Shown here piece after piece: positions 28,664 to 37,324 of a stretch of 64,000 nucleotides of DNA. Source of the DNA: Candidatus Melainabacteria bacterium 17Bon1m (lineage in GTDB: Bacteria > Cyanobacteriota > Vampirovibrionia > Obscuribacterales > Obscuribacteraceae); the NCBI GenBank assembly GCA_032128875.1, contig JAVLKG010000002.1, forward strand, positions 896,001-960,000, given 5' to 3'. How positions within the stretch are numbered: the stretch's first letter is position 1; each line of letters begins with the position of its first letter. The notes under the pieces are model-generated. The model saw nothing but the letters and a program-made list of their open reading frames with translations. It searched no databases and was not told where the DNA came from. A program made the position numbers and the translations under genes.

Positions 28664-29016
28664 TCGACCGTTTGACGTTTTGCAAACGAGTCCTTGACAA
28701 GTGGAACCGGCCAAGTGCCCCTTCTGTCTTTGATTTTGCGCGGGCAGAAATTGAAGCTTTTGCTCGGGTCTAATATTTGCCTTGCAAAAGTCAAACAGCT
28801 ATCGAAGAGATGAAAGGCAGATGAGCGATTGTGCCCTTTTAGAAAGGCTCTCGATATAACCTCAGGTTTGAGATATCAAGGGTTTTACCTCCTATTAAAT
28901 TACTTTTTGCCTGCCACTTCACTTCCTTTTGCCCAAGCGTTATATGATCGGTATCGTCAGGGAAAGTTTCTTCAAATCCACACTGGTTCTAGCTTTTAGC
29001 AATTTGGTATATCCAC

Positions 29017-30270
29017 ATGGGGCGTCTTGTTCAAAAGTTCGGTGGCACGTCGGTAGCAGACGTCAAAAAAATCCGCAAAGCTGCTGAAATTGCAGTAAAG
29101 AGCGCTTCAGAAGGCAATGAAGTCGCCGTTGTGGTTTCTGCGATGGGCCACACGACAGACCACCTGATCACGATGGCTGAAGAAATTTCCGATAGTCCTG
29201 ATGCCCGTGAGATGGACATGCTCATGTCCACCGGAGAGCAAGTCTCCATTGCACTGATGTCGATGGCAATTCAGTCTTTGGGCTGGCAGTCACGCTCCTT
29301 CACTGGGCACCAAGCAGGCATTATCACCGGCTCTAGCCATGGCACGGCTAAGATCAGAGAAGTTCGCCCTGATAAAGTAGAGTCTAGTTTGAAACGCGGC
29401 GAAATTGCAGTTGTGGCTGGGTTTCAAGGCATCACCGATAGCAATGACATAACCACTCTTGGTCGTGGCGGTTCCGATACGACAGCCGTAGCCCTTGCAG
29501 GCGCGCTGTCCGCCGAACGTTGTGACATCTACACTGATGTTGCCGGCGTTTATACCTGCGACCCGCGAATCGTTCCGGAAGCCCGCAAACTCTCGGCTAT
29601 AAGCTATGAAGAGATGCTCGAATTGGCTGCTACCGGTGCTCAAGTTATGCAGGCGCGTTCCATTGAAATGGCGATGGATAACCATGTCCCGATTCGAGTG
29701 CGTTCGACTTTCAAGCCCGAAGACTCCGGCACGCTCATTACAAATCGCCTGGCAGCGCCCGAGTATACGGTCTGCGGCTTATCGCTGGATTTGAATCAGG
29801 CTTCCGTAACACTTAAGTGTCCTGCTCAGGACAATGATGCTAAGCGGGTTGAGGGTGTCTCCTCACTTTTTACTCGCCTGCAAGAACTCAATATCGCTAC
29901 CGACATGGTCATGCTTCTTGCCCGTGAAGATGAGCCTTGCCAGGAATTTGCATTTACTGTGGAAAAGCGCTCAGTACCACGTGTTCTTTCTATAATCGAG
30001 TCTCTGGGCAAGACACTGGGCTCGCCGCATATCCATTGCGACACAGACATTGCTCGGATTTCTGTTGTGGGCCGGCGTTTGACCAGCCGTCCTGAGGTGG
30101 TCGCCACTGTCTTCGACCAGTTGAGCAGTGCGGCAATTCCTGTTCTGATGGTCACTTCCGCCGATCTGCGAGTGAGCATTGTCGTGCCGGCTTCCTATGC
30201 AAAAGAAGCTGTGAGGCTGGTTCACGAACGATTCAATCTGGCTGAAGTAGGCATGGACTTTGCCCCCTGA
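29017..30270 (+). CDS. lysC: Aspartate kinase
   Basis: VQKFGGTSV, VVSAMG, TTLGRGGSDTTAV, YTDV; C-terminal ACT domains. Confidence 0.95.
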   Translation: MGRLVQKFGGTSVADVKKIRKAAEIAVKSASEGNEVAVVVSAMGHTTDHLITMAEEISDSPDAREMDMLMSTGEQVSIALMSMAIQSLGWQSRSFTGHQAGIITGSSHGTAKIREVRPDKVESSLKRGEIAVVAGFQGITDSNDITTLGRGGSDTTAVALAGALSAERCDIYTDVAGVYTCDPRIVPEARKLSAISYEEMLELAATGAQVMQARSIEMAMDNHVPIRVRSTFKPEDSGTLITNRLAAPEYTVCGLSLDLNQASVTLKCPAQDNDAKRVEGVSSLFTRLQELNIATDMVMLLAREDEPCQEFAFTVEKRSVPRVLSIIESLGKTLGSPHIHCDTDIARISVVGRRLTSRPEVVATVFDQLSSAAIPVLMVTSADLRVSIVVPASYAKEAVRLVHERFNLAEVGMDFAP

Positions 30271-30367
30271 TTTTCAATACAAAACTTCGCTGAAAGAGAT
30301 TTGCTGAGGGCCGCCGTTTAGAATAAATAGTTTCTCAAACGACGTACTAACGCCAGAGGTGACGAAA

Positions 30368-30718
30368 ATGCCATCATTCGACAACTTTTTCAGCAAGGTC
30401 AAAGACGTAGCCAAAGATGCGGCTGACAAGACCGGTAAACAAGCAAAGATTGCCAAGCTCAAAATCAATATCAAAACCCTTGATATGGAAAAGAACAGAC
30501 ATTTCCAGACCATTGGTTTGCGCACATTTATTCTCTGGACAGAATCGAGATCGCTTGATGGTCTGGTCGATCGAGTCCATGATGAATTGACTCAGATTGA
30601 CAGAGCTGAAGCCAGAATCAAAGAATTGGAAGAAGAAATCGCAGAAATTCAAGCAGGCTCTTTGGACGTCAATGACGTAACCGAAGAGGAAGAAAAAGAA
30701 GAGAAAGAAGACAAATAG
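30368..30718 (+). CDS. Hypothetical coiled-coil protein
   Basis: SD GAGGTG before ATG 30368; amphipathic charged helices. Confidence 0.7.
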   Translation: MPSFDNFFSKVKDVAKDAADKTGKQAKIAKLKINIKTLDMEKNRHFQTIGLRTFILWTESRSLDGLVDRVHDELTQIDRAEARIKELEEEIAEIQAGSLDVNDVTEEEEKEEKEDK

Positions 30719-30767
30719 AGCTCGGTGGTTGCGCGCTTCAACTGCTGATCCTCGACAATGAGGCCAC

Positions 30768-31475
30768 ATGCAAGAACAAAAGCAAGTCCGCAAAAGTTGC
30801 TGTTCAATTCTGAGACCTAACAGGAAACTTGCTTTATTCCTCGCTTTTGCACCTCTTTTGTTGTCAGAGTCTTTCCATCCTGTATTAGCCGACGCAATTT
30901 CACCTCACATCACATCTGGTGGCAAGGTGTATTCGGAAGAAAGACCGAATAGAGAATTCTTCGGCAATGGGATGAGCGGCAGATTGAGCGAAGCATCGCA
31001 TCTTAGATTCACTGGCGAGCAGGCCTATGATGATGGCGATTTGCCGCTCGCATTGAAGAAATTGAGCAAGGCTGTGCAGCTCGATCCTGGTGATCCGACC
31101 GGGCATTTTATGTATGCTCGTGCAATGACGGCAAAGATAAATCGCGATTTGAAAAAGGGTGTACCGATCGATCAAGAGATGATGACCGATTGCATTGATG
31201 AGTGGAAGTTGATCGCACTTCACGATGCAGATAATTTTGAGCAGGCTGAAGCAAAATCGCAGTGGCGTCGTTTGGCGAGAATAGCCAAAGAGATGAACAT
31301 GCCGGAAGAGGAAAAACCTTCTAGATTCGCCAGATTGATGGGCCGAGGACGCAGTAAAGTAGCTTCGAAAGAGAAGCCGAAATTGGCGCAAAGAGATACT
31401 GACGATTTCAAAGAAAAAGAAAATCCCGGAAGACCGCTAAGCGAAATAGAGCGGCCTTTCAAAGAATATCAATAA
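30768..31475 (+). CDS. Exported TPR-like hypothetical protein
   Basis: Signal-like N-terminus; GDLPLALKKLSKAVQLDPGD TPR pattern. Confidence 0.65.
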   Translation: MQEQKQVRKSCCSILRPNRKLALFLAFAPLLLSESFHPVLADAISPHITSGGKVYSEERPNREFFGNGMSGRLSEASHLRFTGEQAYDDGDLPLALKKLSKAVQLDPGDPTGHFMYARAMTAKINRDLKKGVPIDQEMMTDCIDEWKLIALHDADNFEQAEAKSQWRRLARIAKEMNMPEEEKPSRFARLMGRGRSKVASKEKPKLAQRDTDDFKEKENPGRPLSEIERPFKEYQ

Positions 31476-31504
31476 GGCTGCCGCTTTAAGAGTAAGCGAC
31501 AGCC
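31476..31504 (-). terminator. Hairpin between convergent genes, likely ilvE terminator
   Basis: Minus strand GGCTGTCGCTT-actctta-AAGCGGCAGCC followed by TTATT. Confidence 0.55.
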
Positions 31505-31529
31505 CTATTAAGAGTTAGCTCTAGCGTGA

Positions 31530-32504
31530 TTACGACTTGGCGGCAGCCTTTTCTTTGGTGCCCGACTTATCACCAGTGCCATACACCGGTGTAAGCCAGT
31601 GCATGTATTTTTTCTGCTCGCCTCTGCACATTGATGTGTAGAATTCGCGAATTTTGCCGGTCATCTCTCCGCACTTACCACCCGAAATTTCGCGCTTGTC
31701 GATTTCGATGATTGGTGCAATCTGAGCTCCAGTTCCGCAGAAGAAGAGCTCGTCAGCTGTGTACAGTTCGCTTCTGTCTACTGTGCGAGAAATTGTTTCG
31801 TAGCCGAACTCTGCTTGTGCAAATTCCATAATGCTACTGCGCGTGATGCCTTCGAGAATGTTTTCCGAAATTGGCGTTGTTATCAACTTTCCATTCTTCA
31901 CCATAAAGATGTTCATGGCGCTGCCTTCGGAGACGTGTCCGTTTTCCGAAAGAACAATGCACTCGTCAAAACCTGCCAGAATCGCATCTGTTTTTGCCAG
32001 AGCGGTGTTAGCGTACGCTCCGACAATTTTTCCACGAGCCGGAATCGCGTTGTCTTCAACGCGTCTCCAGGCTGACACCTGCACTTTCAGCCCCGGTGCT
32101 CCATGGAAGTAATCGCCGAACGGCACTGTGAAAATACACATGTCGCTCGGGTTGTCTTCCAAACTTGGTCCTACTCTTTGACCGGTCTTATAAGCTGCCG
32201 GACGAACGTAAGTGTCAGTCTTGGGCTCATTCTTCTTAACTAGTTCGACTGAAATTTTGCAGAGTTCGTCAACTGAATACTTCATGTCGTCGAGGTGCAT
32301 GATCTTCATTGAGTCTTTCATGCGCAGGAAGTGTTCTTTCAGGCGGAACAAATACATCTCGCCGTGTGCTTCATTCCAGTATCCTCGGATGCCCTCGAAA
32401 ACTGCGGTTCCATACATGAATGAGTGATTCATGATGCTGATTTTGGCATTCTCAAGCGGAATAAAGTTTCCTTCGAAGAAAGCGTATTTGTGCGGATTGC
32501 TCAC
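31530..32504 (-). CDS. ilvE: Branched-chain amino acid aminotransferase
   Basis: YGTAVFEGIR, YVRP, RGKIVGAY (PLP Lys), SEGSAMNIF, ILEGITR, ADELFFCGTGAQI. Confidence 0.95.
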   Translation of the reverse strand: MSNPHKYAFFEGNFIPLENAKISIMNHSFMYGTAVFEGIRGYWNEAHGEMYLFRLKEHFLRMKDSMKIMHLDDMKYSVDELCKISVELVKKNEPKTDTYVRPAAYKTGQRVGPSLEDNPSDMCIFTVPFGDYFHGAPGLKVQVSAWRRVEDNAIPARGKIVGAYANTALAKTDAILAGFDECIVLSENGHVSEGSAMNIFMVKNGKLITTPISENILEGITRSSIMEFAQAEFGYETISRTVDRSELYTADELFFCGTGAQIAPIIEIDKREISGGKCGEMTGKIREFYTSMCRGEQKKYMHWLTPVYGTGDKSGTKEKAAAKS

Positions 32505-32525
32505 TTACCTACCCTCTTTGTGTTT

Positions 32526-32990
32526 CTATTGTTGACCTTTGCAGAACTGAATGCGATCAGAAACGAGCTTTCTATTGCTCGCATCCGGCTTCAATTCCAA
32601 ATACTTCTCAAAAGCTACTGCAGCTGATCTGAAGTCTTTATCGCTTTCTTGCATACAGCCTATTTCGTAATACGCGTCCGCAAAATTCGGATCGCATTGC
32701 ACGGCTGCACGGAATTCGCCCTTTGCTTCGTCGAATTTGCCAAGCCGTTTGTACGATTTGGCAAGCATATTCCTCAACTCCGCAGAGCTGGGATATTTGG
32801 TGACAAGCTTCAGAAAAGCGTCTTGGGCAACTTGATAGTTGCCTCTCTCGAATTCCGCAGTCGCTTTAGCCATAGGTTTGGCATACTTCTCTGCGTCTTC
32901 TGAAGCATAAGCAAAAGACAGAGGGCAGAAGACTAACGCCGCTTGAATCAATGCGCACAGGCCAGTCTTCTGCCAAATCTGTTTTTTCAT
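32526..32990 (-). CDS. Exported TPR protein
   Basis: Signal peptide ending AYA; about three TPR repeats. Confidence 0.8.
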   Translation of the reverse strand: MKKQIWQKTGLCALIQAALVFCPLSFAYASEDAEKYAKPMAKATAEFERGNYQVAQDAFLKLVTKYPSSAELRNMLAKSYKRLGKFDEAKGEFRAAVQCDPNFADAYYEIGCMQESDKDFRSAAVAFEKYLELKPDASNRKLVSDRIQFCKGQQ

Positions 32991-32992
32991 TG

Positions 32993-34096
32993 TTATTTAG
33001 TTGCTTCTTTCTTGAGTACGGTGCCGCTTGTGGTCATCGTAGTCTTCTGGAATGAGCTTCCAGAGCCGTCGCCGGAGCCCGGCAATGGAGTGATTACGAC
33101 AGCCGCTACATCGGTTGTCACCTTCTTCACTGAGTCGCCTACTTTGACACCGCCGCCCTTCGTGATGTCGCCGGTAGAGTTGTCTGCGTTCACTTCTTTG
33201 ATCTTGATGAGGGCGATTGTGCTGCTCATTTCTTTGAGCACCTTGCCGGTCACAGGATCTTTGATGGTCTTATACGGACGATCGACCGAGAGATGATCAC
33301 CGGCGGCGATGCCGTTTTGCTTGCCGACGTTGACGATGACTTCGCGGCCGGTTACATCGGCAACTCTGCCTTCAACGTTTTGCAATGCGAGAGATTGGTT
33401 GTCTGGAATCTTCGATGCCATCGCAATCAATTGTCCGCCCATTTGCTCAACAGCTTGGTTGGTGGCTTCACCTGCAAGCGAGGTCGAGAAGTCGGAGCTG
33501 TCTACGTCATAAGCACCGAACGAACTCGATGCCTTTTGTGATTCGCCGAGTCCATGGACAGCAGCGAGAATTTCGCCGGTGTTGGTGTCGGTGACTGTCG
33601 CGTCAATAGCTGTTCTTGCTTTTTGTTTGCGCGAACTTCCGTGGAAGCCGCCGAACAAACTGCCGACGCCGCCTACGTAAGGTATCGAAACTGGAATCGG
33701 CACCGATGGCGCAGAATAGGATGTACGTTTGTCTTCGAAACCGAAAGCAGTGATGGTGCCGTAGACAACGGCATCTACACCTAGCATTTTGCCGATTTTG
33801 TTAGCGGTGCTGGCGTCTGCTCTGTCGCTGGTCGAAAAGTTTTGCTCTTTCAGAATGGCGTCCAAGTGTTGGCGATCGATGAGCGAGTATGTGCCGTCAT
33901 TAACAAGCTTGGTGATCAACAGACTGGCAACGCCTTTGCCAAGGTCGTATCCGCCCAACGAACCGCTGACTGCGCCGTATTCAAACGGCAGTACTGCGAT
34001 TCTGCGCTTGGGACCAGCCATGGCTGCCTGCGGCAATAAGCTCACCGCCAGAAGCATGAGCATTGCGCCCAGTGCAATAGTCCGTCTTGCTTTCAT
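32993..34096 (-). CDS. CsgG/HfaB family protein with FlgT-like C-terminal domain
   Basis: KRRIAVLPF, LIDRQHLDAILKEQ, KIGKMLGVDAVVYGTIT, DTNTGEIL; C-terminal VIVNVGKQNGIAAGD...DPVTGKVL. Confidence 0.8.
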   Translation of the reverse strand: MKARRTIALGAMLMLLAVSLLPQAAMAGPKRRIAVLPFEYGAVSGSLGGYDLGKGVASLLITKLVNDGTYSLIDRQHLDAILKEQNFSTSDRADASTANKIGKMLGVDAVVYGTITAFGFEDKRTSYSAPSVPIPVSIPYVGGVGSLFGGFHGSSRKQKARTAIDATVTDTNTGEILAAVHGLGESQKASSSFGAYDVDSSDFSTSLAGEATNQAVEQMGGQLIAMASKIPDNQSLALQNVEGRVADVTGREVIVNVGKQNGIAAGDHLSVDRPYKTIKDPVTGKVLKEMSSTIALIKIKEVNADNSTGDITKGGGVKVGDSVKKVTTDVAAVVITPLPGSGDGSGSSFQKTTMTTSGTVLKKEATK

Positions 34097-34485
34097 TTAC
34101 AACTCTCCTTAATCCAAAATTCCATGAGACCGTCAGTTTCTAGACTCCGATATCCAAATGCTCGCTATTGTGCTTCTCCACTTCTTAGCATTTCGAGTTT
34201 AGTTTCCGCTTGAAAAGCCGCAGCATCTTGATCAAATAAGAAGTACGGCGCGGTTCTACAAATTAGGAGCTCCTTGACGGCCTTTTCGACAAATCATGGG
34301 TCCATTCGCACAGCGCTCCTGGGCAAAAAGTCTTATCAGGAGCGAGGTTAGTCTACTTGATAGCTGCGCTTAAAAAAAGGCGCTTCATATTAGAACGGCT
34401 CGCCGTCAGTATATTGATCTGTGGGTGGTTTGGATGCATGAACCTGCTGAACCACCGAAAACAGGGCGCAGTGACGCGTTTGGAT

Positions 34486-34507
34486 GTCGAAGTCAGGTGA
34501 CTTCGAC
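34486..34507. terminator. Perfect hairpin GTCGAAGTC-AGGT-GACTTCGAC downstream of the 34533 gene
   Basis: Inverted repeat 25 nt after the stop codon; no clear U tract. Confidence 0.45.
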
Positions 34508-34532
34508 TGTTAATTTATCTATCATCTGCTAT

Positions 34533-35306
34533 CTACTTGTGAGCCCTGTACTGCGACATGAGCGCGACAGCATTGCGGTAACGTTTTGATTTCTTGTTTA
34601 CCTGTCGCAAGGCTACGACTGCTTGAGTATAAGCACCTGCCCTGGCTTTGGACTTGGCGGTGCTGATCAACTGCATAGCTTCCTTTTCCATGGCGTATTC
34701 GTCCATAAGTGCTCGGACAGCTTTGAAACGCGGGGAGTCCGGACCGATCGCGCGCAAGACGGCAGTCGCTTCATCGTACTTGTCATCTTCCGCCTTCATC
34801 TCGGCTTCAATAATTCTCTTGCGAGTCTCGATTTCGATTTCGACCGCTTGTTGAATGGGCGGCAAAGAGCGATCTGTGACTGCCTGTATGACGTCTCTGG
34901 CGGCATTCTCAACGAGGCGCTTGTTCAATTGTTGTCCAGGAACCACATAGTCCTGATTGTATTTCTGCACCGAAGATGTCGTGATGACCTGCCCGTCACG
35001 TGTTTTGACGGTTACGGTTCCGTTATATCTGATTTGTCCGGTGACCTGGTCGTTTTTCTCGACGATAGTGCAGGTGATGAACCAGTCTGGGTTTACAGTG
35101 CTAATTACAATGTCCTGTGCGTTGGAGAGTCCCATGCTCAGGCGGTCGCACACCTCCTGCTCAATTCCGCTTTGACCACCTGGTGTCACCGACATTCGTA
35201 CCGGAGGCACTGCGGCAAACGCTGGAATCGACAGAGAGAGCGAGGTCGCGACAACCAAAGCCATAAAGAGGACCTTGTCTTTCACCCTGCTTACAAACAT
35301 CTTCAA
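34533..35306 (-). CDS. Hypothetical exported protein with helical C-terminus
   Basis: Signal peptide ending AFA; alpha/beta N-domain followed by TPR-like helices. Confidence 0.7.
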   Translation of the reverse strand: MKMFVSRVKDKVLFMALVVATSLSLSIPAFAAVPPVRMSVTPGGQSGIEQEVCDRLSMGLSNAQDIVISTVNPDWFITCTIVEKNDQVTGQIRYNGTVTVKTRDGQVITTSSVQKYNQDYVVPGQQLNKRLVENAARDVIQAVTDRSLPPIQQAVEIEIETRKRIIEAEMKAEDDKYDEATAVLRAIGPDSPRFKAVRALMDEYAMEKEAMQLISTAKSKARAGAYTQAVVALRQVNKKSKRYRNAVALMSQYRAHK

Positions 35307-35422
35307 TACCCCACCATCGAATGCGCGAAAGCTGTAAGAAACGAAAGGCTATTTTAAACCGTTTGTATGGTCGAAGCCATTTATTTGCTTACGTAGCCGA
35401 ACTTACTTGGTGGGCGCGTAAA

Positions 35423-35842
35423 TTAGGACTCAACTGGAAAAAATTCAATCCACATCACATCGGCATCTTCATTTCCTGTACTTGCCGCCAATCGTATTCC
35501 AGGAGACTCATATATTTCAGCATTGGTTGAATCATGCCGAACAAAATGAAGGTTGGGAAACATACTCTTGGCATATTTCAAAGAACCAGGAATTATGCCC
35601 TGCTCGGCTAAGACTCCTGAAATCCACAGTTTGGAAATCGTGCCTTGCTGTTGGAGCGATGTAACGCGAATAAGACCGTCTCGAAAGTCGAAAGAAAAAC
35701 CATTTGCCATTTCGGCAGTTTCACAAATGCCACCAAGTCTGTCGATTGCATCTTTGATGCTCGTGTGGCCCGGCACCACTCCCAGCCAACCTTGCTCAGG
35801 GCGCCATTCTTTGCTGATTAGAGAAGTATTGTCGGATATCAT
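35423..35842 (-). CDS. Hypothetical protein, translationally coupled to the upstream metallopeptidase-like gene
   Basis: ATGA overlap at 35839-35842; 139 aa. Confidence 0.65.
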   Translation of the reverse strand: MISDNTSLISKEWRPEQGWLGVVPGHTSIKDAIDRLGGICETAEMANGFSFDFRDGLIRVTSLQQQGTISKLWISGVLAEQGIIPGSLKYAKSMFPNLHFVRHDSTNAEIYESPGIRLAASTGNEDADVMWIEFFPVES

Positions 35843-37185
35843 TTTTTCTTCTCCACTTTTTTGATTTTTTCTTCGAATGTTTGAATCTCAGCGCGCGCCT
35901 CTGCTGTGTTTTTGACTAGAATGCCATTTGGCGAGCGAATATATTTAGGTTCGCCGGAAGGTTCTTTACCATATCTTGCATTCAATTCTTGCTGGTCATG
36001 CTCTTTGACTGCGTCGTAGAGACGAGGACTGTCTTCGAGCAACTCTTGCCTGCGCTTTTCGTTAATGCGATACTTCATTCCTCCTTCAGCAAACATTTCT
36101 AGCGGGTTTACGAAATAGCGCGTAGACGGTTTTACAGCTGCCAGATCGCGAACTTGATCAAGTGTAAATTGCTTTGCGTCTTTTACTCTCGAGACTCCTG
36201 AACCTCGCTCGTTTTCCAGTCCGCCATGCTTGCCGCAAGCGCACCAACTGAATGCATCCTTGCAATGATCCTGATCTCGCCTATAGAGCTCGTCTTTCTT
36301 GCCAGTGAAGAGCCATTTCGTTTCATGAGTATTTGGATCTTCATAAGGTAGCCAGCCGAGTTTTCGCGCCCACTTTTCTTTTTCTTTGGGAGTATTCCAA
36401 TTGAGATTTTGTTGGGCATTGTGCATGAGTTCGTGATGTGCCACGGCCTCAATACTGTAGAGCTGATGCTTGCCCATCCTATCGGCGTCCTTTTCAGTAA
36501 TTGGCTTTCCTTCATTTGCACCGGGTTCGAAATAGATGGCTTGTCTGTTGTTTTTATCTTGTTGTATATGATATGCAAGAGCGACATCATGTTTGTAATA
36601 GTGTTGCGTCAGAAAGTAGAACTTCACTCCCTGAGAGCCATCCATAGTCAATTGGCTGGGTTGTGCTCTATAGAGCGCTGCTTCAATGCCGCTCAGTTCT
36701 GCAAGATTAGGGCTGCGCGCTTTTATCATGTTGCCGCGCCCCCAACTGCAATCGTCTTTCTGAACCCACTGTTTGAGTATGTCTTCACCATCTTGGCTGA
36801 AAGAGACTTTGAAGATCTTTTCGAGATCTGCGATTTTTTCGCGCTTCAATTTTGCCAACTCGGCTTCGGCTTTCTCTATGCCTTTCGCATTAGCGTCTGT
36901 TGAGATCAACTCCTTGTCCTGACCGTTGATCTTCAGAATGTAAAAATACTTTCCGTCTTTTGTTTCGACGGATACTCCATGTTTTTGCTCGAATTTCTGC
37001 GCCTCTGTAAGCGGCTGCTTGTTCTCTGCAGTGCCGTCCTTGCGTTCCAAGGCCCGTGGGCGCCCGCATAACTCTCCTTCTTCGCGCAATTGCTCTGGAG
37101 TCGCGGAGAATTTAGCGTCGTTAGTGTTTTCAGCGGAATTATCTGAAAAAGAATGTTTGGATAGCTGAAGCATAGATGCGTCCAC
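35839..37185 (-). CDS. Hypothetical protein with zincin HExxH motif
   Basis: AHHELMHN, with a downstream NPLEMFAEG third-ligand-type motif. Confidence 0.65.
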   Translation of the reverse strand: MDASMLQLSKHSFSDNSAENTNDAKFSATPEQLREEGELCGRPRALERKDGTAENKQPLTEAQKFEQKHGVSVETKDGKYFYILKINGQDKELISTDANAKGIEKAEAELAKLKREKIADLEKIFKVSFSQDGEDILKQWVQKDDCSWGRGNMIKARSPNLAELSGIEAALYRAQPSQLTMDGSQGVKFYFLTQHYYKHDVALAYHIQQDKNNRQAIYFEPGANEGKPITEKDADRMGKHQLYSIEAVAHHELMHNAQQNLNWNTPKEKEKWARKLGWLPYEDPNTHETKWLFTGKKDELYRRDQDHCKDAFSWCACGKHGGLENERGSGVSRVKDAKQFTLDQVRDLAAVKPSTRYFVNPLEMFAEGGMKYRINEKRRQELLEDSPRLYDAVKEHDQQELNARYGKEPSGEPKYIRSPNGILVKNTAEARAEIQTFEEKIKKVEKKK

Positions 37186-37324
37186 CCTAAAGACGAAAAT
37201 CTACACTTCTATCCAGCCTGGTTATCATAGGCTCAGCCGTTGCACATGTGAATACGCGGAATTCCCATAAAGACTGAAAAGCTTTATCCTGCAGGTCAAG
37301 AGAGTTTTTTATTTCAACCTTAAA

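Noticed and set aside
28800-29016. Lysine riboswitch upstream of lysC
   Set aside because: Conserved L-box motifs and a terminator are not recognisable.
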